From Haplodiscus bocki (lineage: Eukaryota), in contig OZ296653.1 in NCBI GenBank assembly GCA_965655095.1, positions 93,558,001 through 93,622,000 of the forward strand: 64,000 nt of DNA. Direction: 5' to 3'. How positions within the stretch are numbered: position 1 is the first letter of the stretch; the number at the start of each line of letters is the position of its first letter. Shown one piece after another: positions 12,665 to 23,340 of this stretch. Position numbers and translations under genes: made by a program. The notes under the pieces were generated by a model. The model was not told where the DNA came from, searched no databases, and saw only the letters and a program-made list of their open reading frames with translations.

Positions 12665-15600
12665 CACTCTAACCGATTTTTCATAGGCAATGATTTTGAG
12701 ACAACTGCTGGAATTCTTGTAAATTAGGGTGTTTCAGAATTTGACGGGTTAAGATATACGACTTCTCAATGATGGTTACGGTCAGAAGAACAAAAATCGG
12801 CCCAATTTTCAGTTTCTTGGCCAAAAGCCAGACTAAAAATGCTAACGGCAACGAAGCATTAATTACAGATGTTTCTTCTGTTTGTAGTGCAGTTTTGTAT
12901 CTTCAATACACAAACAGGTACTCCGTGGAATAAGTACAGAAATATTGAGCCTTGACACAGTTGTACAGAGATTCAAGATGCTTTGGGTGCAGTCTACAAA
13001 AAAAAAACACACGGGACTTCACTTTTCAAAATATGGTTTGGACTTCCCGACGGTACCTTTTTACGAAAGAAGCAAAGTCGGAAAAGTTGGAAAAACCAAT
13101 AGAAAGCGAGCACATGCCCTGTTTTACATTTTGCGAGTTGTCTCTGGCCGCAAAAAAAAACAAAGAAAAGGGACTAGTAAAAATTTTTCGTAGCCATCTG
13201 AAAAACAGTATGTACTTTGATATAAAAACTTGGACCGTTAATTTCAAAGTCGAGAAAGGTCAGGAACCGTTAAGTATTCGTATGGTCCCTCTATCAGACT
13301 CTGAAGTGTGCCACAATACTTCAATATTTTTTCACAAAGCTTCCTACTAAAAAAGGTGTAGAAGCGCAGCTTATTCGAAGGGAACACTTTGATGCTCTGG
13401 AGAAATATATGTTTGAGTTTCCAGAAAAAAAACAAAACCTTAGCACTTTTTGGCAATTCGCCACTTCGGACTTTTTTTTCAACTACTAGAATGGCCACTT
13501 CGTTTTGCCGTTCTACCTGGAAGTTTTTGAAAAAATACATCTATGGAAAAAACCAATTTGATTGTTTTCAGCAAGTTAAATTCCAACGTCACGAAGTCCC
13601 ATTGCCTAACAGAATTTTGCCACTTGGGCCTACTATCAGGATTTCTATATGCCTGGAACAAAGATGGATTACTGCCGAAAAGTCACATACTACAAACAAA
13701 CTGCTCTCGATTGCGAGTTGAGTTCCTCAGAAGAGATGAAGCTGTTAGTCTTGGGGAAAACTAGTCCGAAAAACAAGAAAGAGATGGATTGAAAGCTGTT
13801 TATGTCTCTTTCAGCGCAGCTAGTTGTTGCTGAAAGTACCAGAATAGAAAAATATCGGGAAGCATCCTACACATGAAAAGCTCTGGAAAAAGTGACTTTG
13901 ACGGAAAAAGTGCAGCTGATAGTTTTAGGGAGACAGGGAGTTGAATATTTTGAGAAAATGATTCTTTATTGCACTTTTTGCCATTGCCGTGTATCATATT
14001 TTCGATGCAACTTGAAAAAGCGAAAAGATTATGATCGGTAAACCTTCTACAGAAGGAAATGCCATTTTAGTTTTTGATTGAGGAGAGCCGATAAAAATTC
14101 TACTGATTTCTGTTGCTCATTCGTAGTTGCGTAGTTGCGGTCCAGCCGACGTCCAAGTATCTAAAAAAACTTTTCAAAGCAGTCAAGCTGTGAAAAAAGT
14201 AGCAGTTTTCTTCTCTTTCGGAGTCAGAAACTAAAAAAGGTCCTTTATATTATTTTTGATACTTCACAGAAGCAACAAAGGAGTGTTTTTTGGTGAGATA
14301 CTCTCGGGGACAACCAAGTTTAGACAACTTATTTGTGGTGAACTCGAAAAAACTGATGAAGAAACTCAGACAGAAAATTCTGTTCTTCACCACTAATTTC
14401 ATTTGAAAACTAGCAAAGAAATCATCCACTGGAAAGCTACAGCTAATCCAAAACCGTTCACTTTTTTTCCTGGAATTTTTTTGTATGTATTGATGTAAAT
14501 TGATCATGCAGGTTTCAAGGCACAAAACTTTCTTAGGAGCATTTACCAACAAAAAATGCTTGTTTATTCCTTTCACGAGCAAAAAGTTAATCAAAGGCTC
14601 CTAGAATGGCCATAATACCTGTAGAAGCATTCAAAAAACATGAAAGTCGAATATTTGTCACTCCATTACAAAAACAGTGCTTGTGAAGTAGTTGAGACGT
14701 TCGCCGTTATTGCATTGAACAAACGTCAATCAAAAATCAGAGAAAAGGCGTTTCTTTTCCATACATTTCCTTCAGAATACTGTCAAAGAATATGGAACGT
14801 CACAGCACCTCATACGTAGTTGGAGTTTTCCTTTTTCTACTGGAGATAAATTAAAACCAAGTCACAGCACATATATCACAAAAAAACTGATTTACAATTA
14901 TCAGAACCGTGACAAATGCACTGTGTTTTCTCGGTCTCACAAGCGAAATAGGTTTAGACGCACTTAGATCGTCTATCAAACCCCGCAGCTCTCACAAACT
15001 GATCACGTTACTCGGCTGAAACGAAAAATCAAATCTTTGCTTCATTTAGAAACGCGACGTGGTGAGAGCACAAAGACTGGAAGACAGTTTTTCAAAAGGC
15101 TGTTTTCTCCAGTGAACTACTTATCAGAAAACTCCCGTTGAATGCGAAAGGAAGGCTACAGAACCCTTACGAAGATGGCACGTTTTCTGCATCTTCAGCT
15201 CCACTATACTTGAGGTGAGTTGGTAACCCAAGTAAGGAGATACAATGAGTTGAAATAGCAAATCCGTCCCAAGATTGGCAGTTCTTCCGAACATTCCAAG
15301 TGCAAACGTGATCGAAGTTCTTTTAAATATCTGTTTTTGTGTTCAACGATGCTCTCAATCGGAATATTTTCCAAGCTGGGGGCTATCATTAAACTCCGAA
15401 TTCAGATACTATCAAGTCGTCAAGATAGTTAAGTTGGAGCAAACAACTGGAAAATGCGGCTTTTTCATTTTCTATCCCTATAGATCTGCTGAGCAGCACA
15501 AATGGAACGCCCCAGACACTGAAAAATGGTTAGAAATTTTTCACTTTGTCTTTTTTCGCCAAAACTGACATCGATTGATTGGTCGGGTGTTGAGAAAAGT

Positions 15601-17107
15601 AATTGCCTATCTGGGAACCCGTTACGACTTTTAAAAAAAAATGTTTGCCCATTTAAAAGTGTAATCAAAAATCTTTGCACTGTGTATTGTACCCCATAAT
15701 CACAATGTTTTCAGATTTTTCTAAGAGCTAATACAAAATATCGAACATCATGGGAATGATAAAATACAATTTAGTCAAGACAACGAAGCCCGAGGAACCT
15801 TCTGAAAACAGCCGTTTTTCCTGAAAAAGACCTCAAGCATTAGAAAACTATAAACGGAACGCCCGGATAGTCATACTGGGTTCGAGAGGAAACCATTTGT
15901 TTTCCTCATGGCAAACTGGAATCGCTTGAACGCTGATATGTTGAGATACAACGCTTTCTATGAGGAAGTAGGTGCTAAGGGTGGCCGTTTTTTCCGTTTT
16001 CCCAGAGAAAGTTTTGTAAAAGGCACTTGTACCAGTGTCGCAGCACACCTACGAGGCATGCGGCCAACCCTTACCGCCAAAAAAGACCCCCTAATGCTTA
16101 GAAGAAACTCAAACATTTTATTACTTTTGTTAAACTTTCGCTATAACTCTACTATGTATTCTAACTGTTGTGCACATATACAGATACGTATATATACGTA
16201 TCCTAAACAATGCACATAAATATGGGTACGTATTTATACGGAAACAAACTGATATGGACTAGGACGGAAACACTACGGAACAAACGAGTATTCACAGAGT
16301 ATTTTTATTCGAATAGGTGCTGTATCTATATTTATATAATTACTTAATTATTAAATATAGATCCACATTTTTTGCAATGAAATCGAACAATGATTGATTA
16401 CTAGAAGTGCAGTTTATTTTCAAATTAGAATTAAATTGATGCTGTACGTAGATTGACTGACTTCAAGTGTATTGACTCTAGGAGTGAATAGTTGTTCCGT
16501 ACGTGTTCCGTCGCTACTAGTCTGGTGACGTCACTACTATTATTACTCTGCCGCGCTGTAATGATTCCGGAATCATTCCGGAATCACTCCTGATTTGAGC
16601 AAAGAATACGACCACTACTAGTGAATACGGAACGATTCCGGAATCAATCCGGAATCTACTGTGCTACTCGTATGAATGAGGAATAAACTAGTAGTGCTAC
16701 TAGTTTCTCCTCATTTCCAAAGAGTAAGAACTAATGAGTTGTTGTTATTAATGAGGTGAACGTGAGGGTGATGATTATTTATAATATTTTAAGTCATCCA
16801 TTTCCATATTTATTTTTTAACCCATTTTTACAATCAAGGAAAAATTTTTCCTTTCCCATTTATGGAACATTTTGTATAACCGTGAACAGAGGTGTCGGCG
16901 CGGGAATAGACACTTTGATGTCCATCTCTGACGGATTAGAACCGTCCATTTTCTATCGAAAGATGGGAAAGGCGCGTCCTATGAGAGAAGAGATGGATGG
17001 AAGAGTTGTTTATTTCCCGTCACAGTCGGCACTCTCACCTTTGATGCTATACTTTTCGACGGCACTTTTCCCTATTTGTACTTTGACTTGGAGTGCAAAG
17101 AATTATG

Positions 17108-17160
17108 TTTCCCGCCAGGAAAAAGTATAAACAGGAGAAACGAAAGTACAACGTCAGAAC
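17108..17160 (+). promoter_or_regulatory. Putative LTR core promoter (E2F-like site, TATA box, Inr)
   Basis: TTTCCCGC at 17108-17115, TATAAA at 17126-17131, and TCAGAAC with its A at 17156, 30 nt after the TATA start. AATAAA lies at 17409-17414. All conserved in the 3' LTR. Confidence 0.55.
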
Positions 17161-17262
17161 TTTTTAGGGGTTTTGACAGAACTTTACAGAACTTTTGAGA
17201 GCCTTTCAAGTGAACTTTCAATAACTTTTCAAGAGCTTTTCAGAACCTTTTCGAAAACTTTT
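17154..17262 (+). repeat. Degenerate 10-12-bp tandem array (AGAACTTTT core) in the LTR R region
   Basis: About 8 units such as cagaactttt, cagaacttta, gtgaactttc, cagaaccttt and gaaaactttt. Present in both LTRs. Confidence 0.75.
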
Positions 17263-17879
17263 AGCGATTGTATTGAACCTTCTTTAGAACGAGTGTACAA
17301 TAATTTGTAACTGATAAGTACTGACAAAATTTAACCAGTCTTTGCCTATTCTTCATTTATTCTTTATTTTCCTAACGCTAATACTGTAAACCTCTCAGTT
17401 GACTTTACAATAAAAAGACAATCATTTATTAATCGTCGAAAACGCTTTTCCATAGAATGGCAACCCGCAACAAAAAAAACTGGCAGCTTTGAATGAAGAC
17501 AACTGTGAGGAACATCCCAGGAATAATTTGGCATCACCCTCAAAAGTTCCTAGATCACAGGAGGACTATATAACTCAAGTTTCCGAGGAAATTGAGGGAA
17601 GAGTCACCAAAAAGTTGTCACAAGAACTTAGCAGAACGGAAAATTGTATACTAGTTCCGCTAAGAAGACTTGATGACTTCCTCATGAACCCACTACTCCA
17701 GGGCCACTCCAGAACCACTCCCGAGACGTCCCGGAATGTATTTAGTATTAACCAGGGAGCGAATGAGGATGACTCCCAGAGTGACCCTCGTCCTGAAGCG
17801 GGCCTTCTCACCTCTGGCCCAGAGGATCGCCACGACGTGGCAACGGGAGTTCAGACAGAGAGCACACAGGCGCACGACA

Positions 17880-17893
17880 TGGTGACAGGAGTT
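17880..17893 (+). promoter_or_regulatory. Primer-binding site, tRNA-Leu-like
   Basis: TGGTGACAGGAGTT directly follows the LTR-terminal CA. It is complementary to ..ACTCCTG(T/A)CACCA, the 3' end typical of eukaryotic tRNA-Leu. Confidence 0.75.
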
Positions 17894-19094
17894 ACAGAAA
17901 AGACTCGCAACCAACGCGACATAATAACAGGAGTTAACGAAGAAGTTATGTACTGCTCCCCTAGCACATCTTCCGGAAAATAGAAAAAGAACCGCTCTAC
18001 CAGTCAACCCCAATTTCACAGCGAAAACACCCCTGCGACGATTGAGGCAGACCAAATTTTGTTGGCACTTCAGCAGTTAGCAAACAACAACAATTCTGCA
18101 AATTTCCATAACAATTTTAACAGAATTTCCAAATTGCCAAAGTCACTTACGACAACGACGCCAACGTTTGAGGGGAAATTTGAAAAGTTCGAGCTGTTTG
18201 AAGATCTGTTCCAAACGAGTCTCAAAATCCACAATCATTTGACAGAGGAGGACAGAATTAACTATTTCCATTCTCTCATGAGGGGAAATGCATTACAGGC
18301 ATTTAAGAACATAAATACCCTACCCGAGAGAATCTGGGAGAAATTCTGGCAGTATTTTGAAGGAAATATGTAAAACCCCAATCGATGGCGACAGCAAACC
18401 ATAAATTCCAGAAACTTGTCTTCAACCCAGCAAATCAAAAGTTAGTAGATTTTCTTAACGAACTTCAAAAACTGGCCAAAGACGCATTCGGATTTGCTGC
18501 CCATGCCATCATTGAACAATTCGTATATGCCAAGATGCCACCGCACCTGAAAAAATCAATAAATCAGGCCCACTGGGAAAACGGCACATATGAACAATTT
18601 GTGACACACCTAGAAAGGGAATTGGAACTAAATGGTTTGGAAGCCCCTGATAAGCTACAAATAAATACTGTGAGCCACAATACTGTAAATGCAAAAGCTG
18701 ACAGAACCAAACCAACTTGTCACTACTGTAAGAAACCAGGACATTATAAAAATCACTGCCGATTGTTGAAAAAACAAAGAAAACAAACTGAAAATAATCA
18801 AAATAATTCTGGAAACAAAAGCAGTGATGCCAACACCTCTAAACCAAACGGCAACGTCAACAATCCTAACAACAACAACAGGAACAGTAATAGGCCCGAA
18901 AGAAAGCCAAAAACATTTTATCCACCCTGTGAGACATGTGGTAAGACAAACCATTCCACAGAGAGATGCTATCATGGAGCCAATGCAGCCAATAGACCGC
19001 CTCCCCGGCAGAGAAGACCGGAAAGACAAAATCAGGTCGAAGAAAGAGCTGTTCAAGATGACTCACATGAAAATAGCCAGGGTGTAGCCCAGAA

Positions 19095-19104
19095 TTTAAA
19101 CTGA
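19095..19104 (+). promoter_or_regulatory. -1 ribosomal frameshift slippery site (U UUA AAC) before the gag stop
   Basis: TTTAAAC at 19095-19101 is in gag phase, followed by TGA. The pol ORF (19107) is in the -1 frame relative to gag (18385). Confidence 0.85.
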
Positions 19105-19106
19105 AT

Positions 19107-22100
19107 ATGCCACGTCTTCACTCCGGAGCTGCGACTGACAGACCGAAGGCAACTGATTTAACATTTCCACCAATCCCAGAGGTTGTCTGGCAGCAACCTC
19201 AGGAGACCTATTTAAATAATATTCATAATGATTTGACTAATAAAACTCATAAACATACCCACACGCCCAAACAGAAAAACGATGTAGAAGCACAGACGTC
19301 GCCAATAAAGGAAACCTCATCTCAAGAATCCGGATCCAACACGGAACCACTCCTGGAAACCCAAACTAGGAGCATACCAGTACAGTGCCCTAATGACTCC
19401 AACAAACAACAAACCGAAATCCAACGAAATGGAATTGGTTTGACAACCTATGGCAATGGAGATGATAAAATTTCTCCTCCTCAAATTACAACTTCTCAAA
19501 TTCAAGAACAACTTGTGAGAGACGAAAATACTAATGAACTCTACATGCCGCTATCCTCCACAATCGTCTTGAAACGAAAGAAAGAAATGTTGTATGTCCC
19601 TCTGGATTTCGATAATGGCTTAACAATAGATGCCTTTGTTGACTCGGGAGCCTATGTTAGTGCAATAGCTCAGAAAGAATTGGACAGAATTCAACAACAA
19701 GCCCCGTCTAACATCCTAAAAATTGTTGAACCGCCCAATTTTCAAATCCAAGTAGCAAATGGCCAGTTAGAGAAACCGACAGCAACAGCCACACTTAAAT
19801 TTGACATTGGCGACCACATCTTTGCCGAACATTTTGTAGTGATGAAGAATTTGACAGGACCAATTAATGGTTTGCACTTCATGAAACATAACAGCGTGGT
19901 CAATGATACCACACATGGTCTCATCCATTTTCCACATTTGACAATGCAAATCAAAAGTGCATCGAGCCAAGCAGGTGCTAAACCTCAACTTGTTCTCATT
20001 GATGATAGTATAACAATACCACAGATGACAACCAAAAGAATTACAGCATTTGTTGACCACTCATCGGAATGGAAGACAACAGGCACCGTGACCCCAGTGG
20101 AAAAATTCACAGAAGCCGCGAGCCTAATCTTATCCCATTCAATGTCAACTATAATTGACAGAAAAATAGCAGTCAGAGTAACTAACACAACGGAATCACC
20201 CTACACAATCAACAAGAACACACAAATTGCCGAATTCTCCGTAGTCACTCCGGAGCAATCCAAGTTTATTAAACCAGTGGACACGGCAATTCTTAGTATG
20301 ATTCCTGAAGGTGACCCAGATCTTGTTACTTACCTGACCGAGCTACTCAGAAAAAATAAACCAGATCAACAAAACAATACTTTCTGGTTTCCGACACCCG
20401 AAAATCCTGGCAACACAGAAGACCACACTCCGATCCAAACACGAATCCTCAGAACTCCGTGAATTGCAACGAAGGGAAAAACTAAACCCAAAAGATGACA
20501 GTGAATCACGAACGGAATTCTTAAAAAGATTTGATTGGACAGACACGCTGCTCACAGAAACTGCGAAACAAGCAGTTGAAGACAGTCCAGTTGAGTACCA
20601 TGACATATTTGCTAGACACAGAATGGATATTGGAATGAACACAGAATTCAAGGCAAAACTCACACCAAAGGATGTTAAAGCTGTTTACAGCCAGAGCCTA
20701 CCAATGCCGATCCATCTGAAAGAAGACTTAATTGTTGAGTTCGCCCTCATGCACAAATATGGGATCATCACAGTGTTACCATTCTCAAAATACGCAAGCC
20801 CCATATTTGCACAGAGGAAACCCAACGGAAAATTACGTCTCCTTGTGGATCTCAGGAAAATCAACACCCTGATTGCAGATGATTAGACTAATAATAACCA
20901 TCCAGTCAGCACTTTGTCAGACGCAGCACAACACCTGGCAGGAAAGTCACTATTCTGTAAGCTTGATTGCTCCCGAGCGTATCACTGCTTGCAGATGGCG
21001 GACCAACGCTCAGTGGAAATGCTTGCATTCAATTTTGCTAGCAGAACTTTTGCCTACAGCAGACTTGCACAAGGTCTCAGCAGATCTGTGTCTGCTTTTT
21101 CGAGCTTCATGCGCGAGTACTTGGACCCAGTTGTCAAAGCTGACCAATGTGCTCAATATGTGGATGACATTGGAATTGCAGCCAATAATGCTACGGATCT
21201 CACCCGGAACATTCGGGCAGTCTTCAAGTGCATTCGCAATGCAGGATTGAAACTGACAATTGAAAAGTGCCATTTTGGAGTCAGACAGGTTGAATTCCTA
21301 GGCAGAACCATTTCATCCGAGGGATTATTACCACAATCTCATAAAATTCAAAACTTTTTGAATAAATTGAGATTCCCCAAATCCAAAAAGGCCTTGCAGC
21401 GCTATCTGGGCTTCATAAATTACTACAAAAATTATATTCCCAGAATGGCTGAAAAGCTCAACCCATTCTATAAACTTTTGAAAGCAGAAGTCCCAATCAA
21501 CATCACCTCAGAATTGAAAGAAACCTTCGATTCAGTGAACAAAGCACTGAGTGATGCGTGTCAACTTGCACTCAAGCAACCCAATCCTGGAAAAAACTTA
21601 GTCTTAATGACCGATGCAAGTTTCAGGAGTCCAGGGTATGCCCTTATGATTGAAGACAACCCGGATCAAAAAATCCAATCAAAAAGGAAAACGTATGCAC
21701 CAGTGGCGTTTGGATCAAAAGTCTTTTCCCCCGCACAGCTTAAGATGTCAATTTACTCGAAGGAATTTTTGGCAATCTACGTGGCATTTCTTGAATTTGC
21801 GCACATTCTGTGGGAAACATCAAAACCGACGATTGTATTGACGGACAACAAATCAGTTACCCGGTTTTTCCAGAGGAAAGCCATTCCACCATCCCTGTGG
21901 AACGCATGTGATTATGTGTTGCAGTTCAACTTTAAAATAGCACATATCGCTGGTCCAGTTAACACAGCGGCTGACTTTCTCTCAAGATTGGAATTGAGAG
22001 TCACGGGAAAGATCCATCTCAAAATCCGAGAAGATGTCCAAACAACACCCAAAGACGTGTCAACATCTTCCTCAGATGTCGCAGATGAAGAAGAATTCTT

Positions 22101-23340
22101 TTTCACGCAACCAGATAGTCAGGACGAAACTGAAGAACAAATCCTACAAAGGAAAGAACAATCCCGGAAAAACGCAGCAGAATGGGTAACAAACCAGGAA
22201 CTATCCTCATTGAAGCCAAGCATCAAGGAATTTACAAAGATCGACGGAAACACTACGTCGTACTCCATCAATGGAATTAAAGCAAGCGCACGAATACGAG
22301 TAGAGCAAGATGCCGATCTAGTATTGAAGAACCCTAAACTCAAAATACTTGGCCAACCACATGAAGATGTGCTACTAGCAACGGATAGACGATACAAACA
22401 CTACAAAGCAAATGAGGATCGAATTATCCTCAAGGATGGACTCCTATTCCGGAAATACTACGGAGAAACTGGTAGCGTTAAATACTACCAAATCTTCATA
22501 CCGAAGCAGCTTGTTAATGAAGTACTCCGGAACCTCCACAGAGATTTTGGTAAACACCCTGAAATTACCAAGACGATAATTGCATACAGAGAAAAATATT
22601 ATTACCCAAATATGGCTCAACTAATCAGCGACTGGGTCTTGTCGTGTGAGCAATGCCTTAGAGAATCACGAATTAATCCCCGACTCACCCGCCCTCCCCT
22701 GCAAAATCCGAACGAGTACATTACTGCGCCAGAAGACGCCATGCAAATCGATTTGGTGCCGGGATTACCGCCATCTGGTGGCTATGAAAACATTGTGACA
22801 GCCATTGATGTGTTTTCCCGTTATTTATTTGCATACCCGACTTCAAACCACGACGCCAAAACAGTCGCTAAAGTGATAATTAACATCATGACTAAGCACG
22901 CCTACTTACCCACAACACTTATCTCAGATAAAGGTACAGCTTTTACTTCAATTGTAATTAAAGAAAAAGCCGGCGTCCTTGGCATTACTCTAAAGCACGC
23001 CACCGCCAAGCACGCTCGAACAATTGGGCTACTTGACCGATCTCACGCGTCAATCAAACAAGCATTAAAGATTGAGACAGGCGAGCGGAGATCATTGTGG
23101 CACAAATATGTGAGCATTGCGGTCCTTAATTACAACACATCTTATCACGCGAGAATCGGCTGTGAGCCGAGCAGAGTATCTCATGGACGTACTCCTTATA
23201 ATATCTTTGATTTAAAAATGGGTATTCGTCCACAGAAAATTCTCCCTCCAGACTCGCAGATCGCCCAAGATGTGCTTGAACAGACAGAAACAATTTTCCA
23301 GGACGTCCGCAAAAATACCATGCAAGCCTATATCAAATAG
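19107..23340 (+). pseudogene. pol: Pol polyprotein: protease, dUTPase-like insert, RT, RNase H, integrase (C-terminally truncated)
   Basis: VDSGA at 19641; YVDD at 21157-21168; RNase H TDAS/E/TDN/ADFLSR; integrase HHCC and D-D(35)-E with the E read as GAC at 23035. Frameshift near 20455, TAG at 20884, abrupt end at 23340. Confidence 0.95.

Larger units (their letters stand above)
16036..17879 (+). repeat. 5' LTR (1844 bp)
   Basis: Direct repeat of 28840-30502. About 40-45 substitutions by manual comparison, plus a 179-bp segment and a 2-bp segment absent from the 3' LTR. Confidence 0.97.
17457..19104 (+). pseudogene. gag: Gag polyprotein (disrupted), starting inside the 5' LTR, with two CCHC zinc knuckles
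   Basis: ATG at 17457 with an A8 run one base short of frame, in-frame TAG at 17981 and a frameshift near 18320. Capsid-like PTFEGKFEKFELFEDLF..; knuckles CHYCKKPGHYKNHC and CETCGKTNHSTERC. Confidence 0.9.

Noticed and set aside
16756-17130. 124-aa ORF present in both LTRs (also 29379-29753)
   Set aside because: Its recurrence simply reflects LTR identity. It has a GTG start and no motif, overlaps promoter elements, and many differences between the copies change amino acids.
17831-17935. Regularly spaced repeat-spacer pattern as a CRISPR-like array
   Set aside because: Only three degenerate units, in a eukaryotic retroelement with no cas genes; explained by LTR-end/PBS duplication.
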